Shown piece by piece: positions 1 through 9,192 of a stretch of 36,053 bases of DNA. The DNA is from a virus. Lineage: Duplodnaviria; Caudoviricetes. A program made the position numbers and the translations under genes. The stretch spans positions 1-36,053 of IMG/VR virus record IMGVR_UViG_3300025035_000063. One strand, written 5' to 3'. Under the pieces are notes generated by a model. It did no database searches, was not told the origin of the DNA, and saw only the letters and a list, made by a program, of their open reading frames with translations. The first letter of the stretch is position 1, and every line of letters starts with the position of its first letter.

Positions 1-798
1 GAGATAGCGGCTGTCCTCGCCAAGACAACTCCGGTGGATGCGGATGTTGCTCTTATCGAGGATAGCGCCGCCGCTAATGCTAAAAAATCTGTTAGCTGGG
101 CGAATGTAAAAGCAACAATAAAAACATACTTCGATACTATATTCGCGCCATTGGCGTCACCGGCGCTCACGGGTACTCCAACAGTTGATGGGAATACAAT
201 TTGGCATTCCGGTAATGATGGCGCTGGTAGTGGATTAGATGCGGACACTGTTGATGGATATAATGTTTCCGAGTCAGTCGCCGCGAGCAGTATAGCAGCC
301 AGAAATGCAAGCGGATATTTGTATGCAGTATATTTTAATTCGTCTGCGGCTGCGCAAACTACAGATGCTACCGGATATGTGTATTATACAGCCGACGGGT
401 ATTTGCGGAAAAAAACGCTTGTCAATGTGCGACTGGAGCTACATTCGGAAACGGCAACAGCGGGAGAGGCACTGGTCGCCGGGAATATCTGTTACCTGAA
501 AAGCGATGGGAAATATTGGAAAGCAAACGCCAGTGCTGAGGCAACAGCAAGTGGTAGATTGTTAATGGCGATGGCCACAATCGCTGCAAATGCCACCGGT
601 AAGTTTTACGCTTATGGGGGGTATCGGACAACAACAGGGTTGACAACCGGTTCTATTTATTATTTATCAACTACAGCGGGGGGAATTACAACTACAGCAC
701 CGGCTACAACCGGTAATGTGGTTAGGGTGGTTGGTTATGCGAGCTCTACTACAAAGTTTAATTTTGAACCGTCTAATTCTTGGGGAGAAGTGGGATAA
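1..798 (+). CDS. Tail fibre C-terminal part (5'-truncated at window edge)
   Basis: Frame open from base 1 (EIAAVLAKTTPVDAD...); fibre motifs APLASPALTGTPT and WHSGNDGAGSGLDADTVDG; C-terminal AGEALVAGNICYLKSDG...RVVGYA small beta domain seen in phage structural proteins. Confidence 0.75.
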   Translation, partial: EIAAVLAKTTPVDADVALIEDSAAANAKKSVSWANVKATIKTYFDTIFAPLASPALTGTPTVDGNTIWHSGNDGAGSGLDADTVDGYNVSESVAASSIAARNASGYLYAVYFNSSAAAQTTDATGYVYYTADGYLRKKTLVNVRLELHSETATAGEALVAGNICYLKSDGKYWKANASAEATASGRLLMAMATIAANATGKFYAYGGYRTTTGLTTGSIYYLSTTAGGITTTAPATTGNVVRVVGYASSTTKFNFEPSNSWGEVG

Positions 799-1754
799 TG
801 GCTGATTTAGGAAAATTTTGTGCTTCATCAGACGCTAAAATATTTTGCGGTGAAAATGTTGGAAGTATTCTAAATTTGAATATTTCAACACTTTCCCCAC
901 CAACCGTATATGACAATCTTGGCCTTGTTTATTTTGAGTATCGTTCTTCATCTTCTCCATATTATACAAATTTTTCAATGCCGACTCAATTATCGGCATT
1001 TTCTTCCGGTACAGAGGCGAAATGGTTCAAGGTTTACAGACAGACATCAATCCCAAGCGTTTATAATGGGAATAGCACAATTTTCAGAATTTTTTCTGCT
1101 GATATTGATTCAGGGAATACCTATGATATTTATACGTATGACAGCAGTATGAATTTACTAAATTCTGGAACTGCTACTACATATTTGATATTGTCTGCCG
1201 CTTCGTACGATTTGAACTTAAATTATATATGGGTCAAAGTCACTCCAAACAGCGGAAGCTATGGCACAGCAAATTGCGTGTTTACAGCGGCTAAGATTAC
1301 CCCATATACCATAATCCCTGGTGGCGGTGATAGGAATATAACGTTCGGCGGCGCGGCTAATACATCGCAAACTTATAGTTGGACAACGTATAATCTTGTA
1401 ACTGCTGCAATGGTGGGTGTGACGTTTTCTCTTTATTCAACCAGAGATGCAATCAATTGTTACCATAACCCAGCAGGCAATAAATTTAGTGGGAGGCATT
1501 ATATTTTGTGGGACCCGCAATATGGAAATAATAATACAAATTTATATGACACACAAGTCGACGTGCCAAACTCTCCCGGTTCCGGAAATTGGATTGAAGA
1601 GGGGGACGCCACAAGCACAGCGCAGAATTATGATGTTTTTTACTTATGGGGGTCGCTAACTGATGGGAATGTTTATCTTATTGCTGGATTCGGTGGCGAA
1701 ACGTCTGGAGGAACTGGCGACACTGAAATAAAGGTCAAAGCGTGGACGAGTTGA
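798..1754 (+). CDS. Putative tail-associated/receptor-binding protein
   Basis: ATG at 798 overlaps the upstream TAA; S/T/N/Y/G-rich beta-type composition; follows the fibre gene; visibly AT-rich. Confidence 0.5.
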   Translation: MADLGKFCASSDAKIFCGENVGSILNLNISTLSPPTVYDNLGLVYFEYRSSSSPYYTNFSMPTQLSAFSSGTEAKWFKVYRQTSIPSVYNGNSTIFRIFSADIDSGNTYDIYTYDSSMNLLNSGTATTYLILSAASYDLNLNYIWVKVTPNSGSYGTANCVFTAAKITPYTIIPGGGDRNITFGGAANTSQTYSWTTYNLVTAAMVGVTFSLYSTRDAINCYHNPAGNKFSGRHYILWDPQYGNNNTNLYDTQVDVPNSPGSGNWIEEGDATSTAQNYDVFYLWGSLTDGNVYLIAGFGGETSGGTGDTEIKVKAWTS

Positions 1755-1787
1755 TGGTAATAATACTGTATCCTGGAGTACGTTAAG

Positions 1788-3266
1788 ATGATAACACTGC
1801 ATATCTCAGCAGACGAGCGAGTCCGGGCATGGCTGGGGTTCAACGATGCCATAGATAGAGTGGTTGGCATTTTCGGCAACATAGGCATCAAGATAAATAT
1901 CGGTCAGATTGAATCTGTAGCGAGAGACGCGGTTGATACATCAAGCGGAGGCGCCCAGACAATATACGACGGCTGGAAACACATTTCAAACTTGCGTAAA
2001 GATGTCATATTAACCCTTGACACGTTCCTCCTGTATATCCCATACTACGAGACGGATGACGCCACAGCAGGCAGGGAGTACCGGTTTGCTAACAACTATG
2101 TGGAGTTGTTCACAAACGCAAATTCTCCACGGCGGGGGGTGTTCCAGAATGAGTTCTTCTATCTGTCTGAACAACAAATACTTCTATTCATAGGGCTCAT
2201 ATGCCATGAAATCGGTCATGCGTTCCACGCGGAACACGACATGAGCACGACACCAAAGACAATCATGTATGGCCAAATGTGGCAAGCCGCTTCTGCTGAT
2301 GAATTGGTGTTTTCGAGTAAATCCCTTGAGGAAATGGGTGCAGTTGGAACGCCGATAAAGGAGGATATGATGAGAAGATACGTGCTACCATTCGACCGGC
2401 AAATGGTCTCAATGATACTTAACTACGTCAACCATGGAGAGACGCCGGACTCCACCTCCGGGTACATACGGGACGGTGTTTACTGCAGGACGGCTGACGG
2501 TGACGATAGCAAGCCCACGTACTGGCGGGGGCAATACCGGCATAACGCTATTGACTATATGATGCCAGTGGGGTCGCCAGTCTATGCACCATGCGATGGG
2601 TATGTCATTGGGGCGAGCTACAGCTCATCGGCTGGCAATGTGCTGGAAATCAGAACAGATGATTTGCCGGATAACAGAGTGTATTTCATGTATATGCACC
2701 TTGACGAGATGCTTGTGGGGAAGGACGCGAAAGTTGTTGCGGGCCAACTGGTCGCATACTCCGGCAGTACTGGGTCATTATGCGGGACGCCTCATCTGCA
2801 CCTTGCGATTGGCACGTCTTCAGGGTCAGGGAATATTGACCCGCTGGTTGACCCACGGTTTCAGCAGTATCTTAGCGGATTGCCATACGTAGTCCGGGAG
2901 GGGCACATGTTGCCCCACTTCAAGCCGTTTGTGTCAAATTCGCCCGTGCTCACTATCAACGGGGCGTATGAGACCATCGCATATAACCAGCAGGCATCCA
3001 CGTTTCAATTCGATATAACTGGTGGAGACATCAGCAAAATACTGCACATATGTAAATATGTTAAGTCAGAATGGCACGATATAGAGGATTACAGCCTCAT
3101 CCATGAGATGGGTACCCGTGGATGGGTCACACTCGACGGGTCACGATATGTATGCATTGTATTGCAGGACTCAGACCCGGGACTATATTATTTCCAAGCG
3201 GTGACCGGGTCCGGGCAATCGTCTAACCCTGTTAGGATTTGGCTACGTGATAGCATGGTGTTATAG
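1788..3266 (+). CDS. Two-domain metallopeptidase: metzincin-like domain fused to M23 peptidase
   Basis: HEIGHAFHAEHD followed by Met-turn-like TIMY; then M23 motifs HNAID, YMHL, GSTG and PHLH. Confidence 0.8.
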   Translation: MITLHISADERVRAWLGFNDAIDRVVGIFGNIGIKINIGQIESVARDAVDTSSGGAQTIYDGWKHISNLRKDVILTLDTFLLYIPYYETDDATAGREYRFANNYVELFTNANSPRRGVFQNEFFYLSEQQILLFIGLICHEIGHAFHAEHDMSTTPKTIMYGQMWQAASADELVFSSKSLEEMGAVGTPIKEDMMRRYVLPFDRQMVSMILNYVNHGETPDSTSGYIRDGVYCRTADGDDSKPTYWRGQYRHNAIDYMMPVGSPVYAPCDGYVIGASYSSSAGNVLEIRTDDLPDNRVYFMYMHLDEMLVGKDAKVVAGQLVAYSGSTGSLCGTPHLHLAIGTSSGSGNIDPLVDPRFQQYLSGLPYVVREGHMLPHFKPFVSNSPVLTINGAYETIAYNQQASTFQFDITGGDISKILHICKYVKSEWHDIEDYSLIHEMGTRGWVTLDGSRYVCIVLQDSDPGLYYFQAVTGSGQSSNPVRIWLRDSMVL

Positions 3267-3278
3267 GAGAGGAATGAT

Positions 3279-3599
3279 ATGGAACACTTCACAGAAGCGG
3301 AGGCTATAAAATATTTGCTTTGGGCGATTGGCGGGTTGATTGGTGTTGTTTTCACGGCTACATTGGGCTCACTTCGGAAAGAAGTCAACACGTCTTTGAA
3401 AATGATTTCCGGGTCACTCGTGGATATTAAAAAGGGTTTGAGACGCCATGACTCAAAAATTGCCGCGCTGGAAACGTTCGCTACTCAGAGCGCAATGGCG
3501 GCGAGGATGCACCACGGCGACTCACCCCCGCTCGTGGAGTTCCCAATGCACGGGGCATCAGTGGGTGGCAGGAGAAGTACTGATGATGACGAGATGTGA
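3279..3599 (+). CDS. Single-TM membrane protein, holin/antiholin-like
   Basis: RBS GGAGAGG; one N-terminal TM helix plus coiled coil; directly before the endolysin. Confidence 0.5.
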   Translation: MEHFTEAEAIKYLLWAIGGLIGVVFTATLGSLRKEVNTSLKMISGSLVDIKKGLRRHDSKIAALETFATQSAMAARMHHGDSPPLVEFPMHGASVGGRRSTDDDEM

Positions 3600-3613
3600 T
3601 ATTGGAGGTGGAT

Positions 3614-4021
3614 ATGGCTCAATATTTTACTGAGAATGAGATTGCGTGTCCATGCTGTGGTAAGGATAACGCTGACAGCAGGTTTCTATCAATGCTGGAC
3701 ATGCTGCGGTACCGGGTTGGTCATCCTATCCGGGTGCATTCATTCTGCCGGTGTGAGAAGTATAACAAGGAGGTTGGTGGAGTTTCGGACAGCGCCCATC
3801 TGGACGGTTTGGCCGCTGACCTCGAAGCCGGTTCGACACATGACCGCGGGCAGATGATATACGAGTGGGCGGACATCATCCGGGCTGAGAATGATAAGGA
3901 AGACACCCCGTTTCGAGTCGAGGTCGGGAAGACTTATATCCACCTCGACATTTCCCAACAGAAAGTGGCTCCGTGCGTCTGGCTGAATATTGCGAGTGTC
4001 TGCGGGACGGAGGGAGAATAA
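3614..4021 (+). CDS. Endolysin, peptidase M15 family
   Basis: YFTENEIACPCCG, RCEKYNKEVGG, SAHLDGLAAD and YIHLD motifs; GGAGGTG RBS before ATG 3614. Confidence 0.88.
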   Translation: MAQYFTENEIACPCCGKDNADSRFLSMLDMLRYRVGHPIRVHSFCRCEKYNKEVGGVSDSAHLDGLAADLEAGSTHDRGQMIYEWADIIRAENDKEDTPFRVEVGKTYIHLDISQQKVAPCVWLNIASVCGTEGE

Positions 4022-4729
4022 ATGGACAAGCTAAAAAAGGCCATTATACTGCTTGCGCACCATGCCGGGCCGGCAGTTATCCTCTGCGCCGCTCTATGGG
4101 TAGTGGTATGGACATTGGAGGCAAGGCTGGAGCGCCAGCAAAAGAAGCTATACGCGCTAACCCAGAACACCATAGAGCAATTCACGGTTATCGCGGATGG
4201 TGTGGCGAGAGCAAAGACTCAAGTGGTTGAAAAGCATACACTTAAAAAAGAAGTGCAGAAACTACCGCCAGAGGTTCGAGCTGAATTGGCGAAGCTGAAC
4301 GCAAAAGTGGAGGCGTTGTTAAACGCGCAGATAGTTGTGCCAGCATCAAGCGGCAGTGGGAACGCAACCCATACTGAGCCGTTGAAGTGGTCGTTCGTTG
4401 AGGAAGGCAAGGTGAAGCTACAGTTCACAATTGAAACCCCTTCTATACCCGGACTGCGTGATGAGATTGCTGTCCTCGGCGGAGAGTTCGATTACACGAT
4501 AGAGCCAGTTCCTATTGGCCTAACGGTTACAAAGGGGGTATACACACATGACGGGATAGACGGAATCCAGCGGTGGTATATCACGGCAGACGACGCCAGA
4601 TATGGGACACCTCTGGCGGTGAAAACGTTCGATGTGAAAATCCCCAACCTGTACAAGAGGACACGCTGGTGGAATCGGTGGTGGGTAACTATCCCCGCCG
4701 GTATCGTTATAGGAGCGGCCGCAAAATGA
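4022..4729 (+). CDS. Spanin-like membrane protein
   Basis: N-terminal TM helix, coiled coil, C-terminal WWNRWW plus hydrophobic tail; follows the endolysin. Confidence 0.45.
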   Translation: MDKLKKAIILLAHHAGPAVILCAALWVVVWTLEARLERQQKKLYALTQNTIEQFTVIADGVARAKTQVVEKHTLKKEVQKLPPEVRAELAKLNAKVEALLNAQIVVPASSGSGNATHTEPLKWSFVEEGKVKLQFTIETPSIPGLRDEIAVLGGEFDYTIEPVPIGLTVTKGVYTHDGIDGIQRWYITADDARYGTPLAVKTFDVKIPNLYKRTRWWNRWWVTIPAGIVIGAAAK

Positions 4730-4938
4730 AAAGCTCACGTATATTCGGACGCCGTAAATGGTTCGGGCTCTGGTTCGTCGTTATTGCAATCATGCTATAT
4801 TCCATCGTGGCCCATCTCATAGATATTGACAGCGATATCGCCGGGAAAGTTGTTTGGGGCGCCATCACCGCCTATGGGGCATATGTCGCCGGGAACATGA
4901 CATCAAAGTTCGTCGGTGGTGATGGGCCAAAAGGGTAG
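4726..4938 (+). CDS. Small two-TM holin-like protein
   Basis: ATGA overlap at 4726 with a GGAG RBS; basic N-terminus (GRRKW) and two hydrophobic helices. Confidence 0.6.
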   Translation: MKSSRIFGRRKWFGLWFVVIAIMLYSIVAHLIDIDSDIAGKVVWGAITAYGAYVAGNMTSKFVGGDGPKG

Positions 4939-4947
4939 ACACCGATA

Positions 4948-5286
4948 TTATTGGTCTTTGCCATCTTGTTTTTCCATCACTGTTACTATTTTGCCTCTTA
5001 TCCAATCGTATGCGACACAGGCGTCGATACCACATATTCGAACCTGATACACGCTACGAGTATTGCTATTTCTCTTAACCAGTATTGCCCGACCGGATGT
5101 TATCTCATCTATTACCCGCATCTTCTCCTCATGTGACAGGTCAATCCCGAGACGCTGTTTTGCCCGTGCGAGGGCGTGTATGTCCATAGCGATACCATGA
5201 CCTCTCGCCCGTTTCCTGCGAAATTTCTCCTTTCTGCGCTTGTCCTCCTTGAGTGCCTGTTGGTACGGCTTCCCCTTTTCGCTCAT
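4948..5286 (-). CDS. Hypothetical protein, possible RelE/BECR-like small fold
   Basis: ATGA-coupled with a GGAGG RBS; HALARAKQR...IVTV pattern. Confidence 0.55.
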   Translation of the reverse strand: MSEKGKPYQQALKEDKRRKEKFRRKRARGHGIAMDIHALARAKQRLGIDLSHEEKMRVIDEITSGRAILVKRNSNTRSVYQVRICGIDACVAYDWIRGKIVTVMEKQDGKDQ

Positions 5287-5615
5287 TTTCTCCTCCCTCT
5301 TCTGCTGTTTTTTACAATCTCAATTTTTACCGGGTAGAGCTGTTCCACCATTCTCTTTTTCAGCTTGAACATCCCGGTCTCAACGCCTTTAACATCTATG
5401 AAATGGACAGACCCGTCCACGTGGAATTCCTGAAAATCAACAACATAGCGAGTATTGCCCGGAAGGTGAAATGGCACCTGCCGAAGGAAGAACAGCACAT
5501 CCCCGCCATCGTTGCATCTTAGCTTAAGCTCCTCATAGTACTTGGCTTCCGCCTTGCTGGCGAACCTGAAACCATCATCCACTACTGGTACCGCATGGTA
5601 TTTGTGATTTTTCAT
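5283..5615 (-). CDS. DUF1064 family PD-(D/E)xK nuclease (putative resolvase)
   Basis: HKYHA...DGFRFASKAEAKYY, RQVPF, YVVDF, IDVKG, FKLKKR motifs; start re-assigned to ATG 5615. Confidence 0.85.
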   Translation of the reverse strand: MKNHKYHAVPVVDDGFRFASKAEAKYYEELKLRCNDGGDVLFFLRQVPFHLPGNTRYVVDFQEFHVDGSVHFIDVKGVETGMFKLKKRMVEQLYPVKIEIVKNSRRGRRK

Positions 5616-5616
5616 G

Positions 5617-5886
5617 TCATGCCCCCCCGCAGAAATAATCAATGCGGCTGTCCTCCAGCATGTGGATGATTTCATCCGGCGACAGAGCGGAATCAATGAA
5701 CCCCAGCTCAACCACACAGTCCCAGTCATCTGTCAGTTCGAACACCTGCACGGTGTCCACACGCTCCCCCACGATTACTTGTACTTGATCGGCAAATTCG
5801 TCACATACGTCGCATATGAATTCGTCGGTGCCACGCGGTAACCCCGACAATTTTACCGACACCTTGAAATCATTTCTGTCGTCCAT
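5617..5886 (-). CDS. Acidic hypothetical protein
   Basis: Tightly packed in the leftward operon; very D/E-rich. Confidence 0.6.
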   Translation of the reverse strand: MDDRNDFKVSVKLSGLPRGTDEFICDVCDEFADQVQVIVGERVDTVQVFELTDDWDCVVELGFIDSALSPDEIIHMLEDSRIDYFCGGA

Positions 5887-6211
5887 CAACTGCCCCCTTT
5901 TCTATCCACCAGCCATCCGGTTCTTCACGGTGGAATTCACCGGCGATTTTATAGAGCCTAACCCCAAGGTCGTAGTCGAACCACACCTCAGCACGGATAG
6001 AACCGTCCCCGGAGTCTATCAGGTCAGCCACATGTTCACGCCCGGCATGATATTGATACTGGAATCCGCTGTCTTGCCCGTACACACCCCTTTTGCTCAC
6101 TGGGAATAGACCTGCGCACAGATATCCTACCACGCACATCAGTATTGCAAGGATAGTTGCGGCCCACGCAAGGCTATTCAGGTCGTCACTTCTCTTACTT
6201 ATCTGTTCCAT
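5870..6211 (-). CDS. Hypothetical membrane-anchored protein
   Basis: GGAGGG RBS before ATG 6211; one N-terminal TM helix. Confidence 0.6.
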   Translation of the reverse strand: MEQISKRSDDLNSLAWAATILAILMCVVGYLCAGLFPVSKRGVYGQDSGFQYQYHAGREHVADLIDSGDGSIRAEVWFDYDLGVRLYKIAGEFHREEPDGWWIEKGAVDGRQK

Positions 6212-6399
6212 ATTGTGTCCCTCCAATCAATTACCAGTGGCGGGCGAATTATCTTCTCATCCACCAAGATTCCAGCTATGCGCAGTGCCCGCGTCAGCGG
6301 GTAAGCGTGTTCCTCCTGCCCCTCAGGAATGTTGACCACGCAGGAACCCGGCACTGCCCATTCCCAGCCAATAGTTATCCCATACATATAACAGAACAT
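6199..6399 (-). CDS. Hypothetical protein
   Basis: GAGGAG RBS; fits the operon packing. Confidence 0.55.
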   Translation of the reverse strand: MFCYMYGITIGWEWAVPGSCVVNIPEGQEEHAYPLTRALRIAGILVDEKIIRPPLVIDWRDTIWNR

Positions 6400-6420
6400 A
6401 TACACTCCTCACAGGACGTG

Positions 6421-6681
6421 TCAAAAGCCGCACGGTCGGCATATATCAGCGGCGATTTTGAACCAGTAGTCGTCATCATCGAGACAGGCCAGCATAGCAG
6501 ACACCGTTAGTTTGTCGAGCGGTGTTACACCATGCTCGTTGTACATCGCATACCCGCTCTTCGTCTGTATCAGCGCGCCGATAGAAAAGCCAATTGATAC
6601 AGTCCCGATTACGTCCCAGCTGTCAGACAGCTCCCCTCTGATATACGATTTTCCAGCCTCTGCGTCTCTTGTGGCTATCAT
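6421..6681 (-). CDS. Hypothetical protein
   Basis: AAGGAGG RBS upstream; fits the operon. Confidence 0.6.
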   Translation of the reverse strand: MIATRDAEAGKSYIRGELSDSWDVIGTVSIGFSIGALIQTKSGYAMYNEHGVTPLDKLTVSAMLACLDDDDYWFKIAADICRPCGF

Positions 6682-6700
6682 TTCATGCCTCCTTCTTTTT

Positions 6701-6726
6701 AGCCCCCACTGCTGCCCGTGGGGGCT
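6701..6726. other. GC-rich stem-loop in intergenic gap
   Basis: AGCCCCCAC-N8-GTGGGGGCT perfect 9-bp inverted repeat; no U-tract after it on the transcribed (-) strand. Confidence 0.6.
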
Positions 6727-6787
6727 TCCCTATACCGATGACTTTTTTTATCTGCATCGTGGGCAGCCACGGATACAGCCACTCCGC

Positions 6788-7093
6788 TCAGTAGTGATAT
6801 AACGCTTCAATGTCCGATTCATCTACACCAAGCATCTCTAATGCTCTCGCCCGATACGCCGCATCCATCGCCATGTCCTGGAGGACTGCCCTTACGCGGT
6901 ATGCCGGCGCGTCCCCGTCAGTCGGGATGGTCTGCCCGAATAGGGTCTCCATGACCCTTATGGCCTCGTCAGGCGGTCGTCTCGTAGGGTCATCCAGCTC
7001 CCACGCGGACACCAGGGGCTGGGACACGCCGAGATGTCGGGCGAGTTCCGTCTGGTTCATCCCGGACAGTTTTCTGAGGCGCTTCATCGCCAT
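6788..7093 (-). CDS. XRE-family helix-turn-helix regulator
   Basis: LRKLSGMNQTELARHLGVSQPLVSAWE motif; start uncertain (7093 or 7087). Confidence 0.85.
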   Translation of the reverse strand: MAMKRLRKLSGMNQTELARHLGVSQPLVSAWELDDPTRRPPDEAIRVMETLFGQTIPTDGDAPAYRVRAVLQDMAMDAAYRARALEMLGVDESDIEALYHY

Positions 7094-7106
7094 CCCTGTC
7101 GTCTCG

Positions 7107-7484
7107 CTAGAAGGGCGGGGCATCATCGCCTCCGTCATCAGGGGTTTCCATGTAATCTTTTAATCCCAGTATGTTTACGGTATCGCACTTGACCTGCGTC
7201 TCGTCCGTCCATGTGCCGCTGACCTTATCCTTCTTCCGCCATACGTCTATGCGCCCGGATACCTCGACGACAGTCCCTTCCATTACGCCGTCGAAGAGGG
7301 CACAATCTTCGCCCCATAGTAGGCATAGCACCTCCATGAAGTCACGTTTTGGGTCGGGGGCGATTTTGAACGCTATTCGCTCAATCCCCTTGTTCTGTGT
7401 GCGTCCACGCCAGCACTTCTTCACAACACCAGACAGTACGACGTGGTTTTTATAGACCATTCCTTCGTCCAATTTTTTTGTCAT
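7107..7484 (-). CDS. ssb: Single-stranded DNA-binding protein
   Basis: NHVVLSG, GTVVEVSGRI OB-fold pattern and acidic C-terminal DDGGDDAPPF; ATGA coupling at 7484. Confidence 0.8.
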   Translation of the reverse strand: MTKKLDEGMVYKNHVVLSGVVKKCWRGRTQNKGIERIAFKIAPDPKRDFMEVLCLLWGEDCALFDGVMEGTVVEVSGRIDVWRKKDKVSGTWTDETQVKCDTVNILGLKDYMETPDDGGDDAPPF

Positions 7485-8119
7485 CGTTTCCTCCAATCGT
7501 TTCCTGATACTCGTATCCCTACACACATCTGGGCCAGCCTGCTTTCGACACGCGCACCGAATCTGCCCCCGATAGTAGTCCCACGTGCCAGGTTCAGCGT
7601 GATGAGTGTTGGTAAGCTCTCATTATACCGCGCCATGATGATGGACTGGACTACATCCGTACGCCAGTCGGTATCCATCCCGGCTCCGAGGTCGTCCAGC
7701 AGCACGAGCGGCTCCATGTTTATGTCCGAGATATACCTCGTCGAATTTTGGCCGAACTCCTCTTTTATCTCATTGAATATCCGTGACATATCCACATACC
7801 GATATGATGGCGTCTTCTCTGCGACCTCCCTCAGAGCTGATATAGCCAGATGCGTCTTGCCAGTCCCGTTAGGACCTGCGAACAGGAGACCCTTCTTTAC
7901 CTCCGGGTAGCGTCTGCTCCACTCCCGCGCGCTATCCAGTGCTGTGGCCTGGTCGTCGGTCTGAGGTGTATATGACAAGAAACGACAATGTTGATATGCT
8001 GCGGGGATACCGGGCTCCCCCCTCGGCTCGCAGTCGCAGGGCGTGACATACTCCGTGCCGTCACGATAGATGTACTGGTACCCCTTACCATCACATTTTA
8101 CACACGATTTAGAGCTCAA
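7481..8119 (-). CDS. DnaC/IstB-like helicase loader ATPase
   Basis: N-terminal CxxC...CxC, Walker A GPNGTGKT, Walker B LLDDLG, RYNESLPTLITLN, SRL. Confidence 0.9.
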   Translation of the reverse strand: MSSKSCVKCDGKGYQYIYRDGTEYVTPCDCEPRGEPGIPAAYQHCRFLSYTPQTDDQATALDSAREWSRRYPEVKKGLLFAGPNGTGKTHLAISALREVAEKTPSYRYVDMSRIFNEIKEEFGQNSTRYISDINMEPLVLLDDLGAGMDTDWRTDVVQSIIMARYNESLPTLITLNLARGTTIGGRFGARVESRLAQMCVGIRVSGNDWRKR

Positions 8120-9192
8120 AACTCACCTCCCAGTAGGTCTCCCATACACGTGTTGATATCGTCCGTGTCAGTAGCCAGTGTCTTGCTATCCGACCTTTGC
8201 TTCGCACGGGTTGCCTTAATGCGCAGGTTGGACTCAGGCCCCATGTGGTGCCTGAGCTTCCTATCAGATAGCACCACATCACCCCAACTGAAACCATCTC
8301 GTCCAGGCTTAGACCCCTGTATATATTGGATCACCTCCAGTATCTGGTCCGGGGTATGCCCATCTCTGTCTATCATTAGGCGCATAGTCTGTTGATAGCG
8401 TGTTAGGTACTGCTCTCTATCCTGCTCCACCCGTTGCTTGTTCTTTCCGGCCATCCTCGACAGTACGTGTGAATACAGCGCCAATGCCAGATTTCGCGTG
8501 GTATCCGCATCCACCCCTCTTGTATGCTTCTGGTTCTTCTTCTGGTTCTTCTTCTGGTTCTTCTTCTGGTTCTTCTTCTGTTCCTGCTCCTGTTCCTGTT
8601 CCTGTTCCTGTTCCTGTTCCTGTTCCTGATGCCCGAATGATTGGGGTAATGATTGGGGTAATGATTGGGGTAATGATTGGGGTAATGATTGGGGGAATGA
8701 TTGGGGGAATGATTGGGGGAATGATTGGGGGAATGATTCCCCGAATGCTTTAGTATAGGATTCCATTTTGGAATCTGATACTGAGCTAAGTGTCTGATAT
8801 ACCATTGAATATATTTTGTTCTTCAATTCGCATTCTGGGATTGCGCAAAACGCCTTGCCCCACGCATAGAGGACATTTGGGTTCTGCGGTTTTTGGTAGG
8901 ACGCACTTTTTTTAAGGACTATCACACGCGCTGCCGTGTCATACTCAATCATTTCGCTTGCTGCAAGCTCGCCCAGCAGCTGCATCACTGACTCCACAGA
9001 CCAGCCGAGAGTCTCAGCGATAGAGAGCGGCCCCGCGACTACCACCCCCGGTATGATGATGCTGTGCTCACTCGTCAGCAGATATAGCCACAGTGCCTGA
9101 CCCGACGGCTTTAACCTTGACAGCCGTTGGAACGATGACCCGTACCGCCACATCCGCACGTACACCTTCCGGTAGATGCCTGGGTCATTCAT
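8116..9192 (-). CDS. Phage replication initiator (replisome organiser)
   Basis: YRKVYVRMW...QALWLYLLT winged-helix N-terminus, NPNV...IPECELK, repeat linker ending QEQEQE; directly upstream of the DnaC-like gene. Confidence 0.85.
   Translation of the reverse strand: MNDPGIYRKVYVRMWRYGSSFQRLSRLKPSGQALWLYLLTSEHSIIIPGVVVAGPLSIAETLGWSVESVMQLLGELAASEMIEYDTAARVIVLKKSASYQKPQNPNVLYAWGKAFCAIPECELKNKIYSMVYQTLSSVSDSKMESYTKAFGESFPQSFPQSFPQSFPQSLPQSLPQSLPQSLPQSFGHQEQEQEQEQEQEQEQEQKKNQKKNQKKNQKKNQKHTRGVDADTTRNLALALYSHVLSRMAGKNKQRVEQDREQYLTRYQQTMRLMIDRDGHTPDQILEVIQYIQGSKPGRDGFSWGDVVLSDRKLRHHMGPESNLRIKATRAKQRSDSKTLATDTDDINTCMGDLLGGEF
8527..8744. repeat. Nested tandem repeats inside the initiator gene; probable origin iterons
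   Basis: TTCTTCTTCTGG about x4, TTCCTG about x8, then ATGATTGGGG(T/G)A x8 at 8637-8732. Confidence 0.85.

Noticed and set aside
3973-4729. Embedded o-spanin lipoprotein
   Set aside because: No convincing signal peptide plus lipobox in the alternative frames
6701-6726. Intrinsic terminator
   Set aside because: On the transcribed strand the hairpin is followed by A-rich sequence and an RBS, not a U-tract
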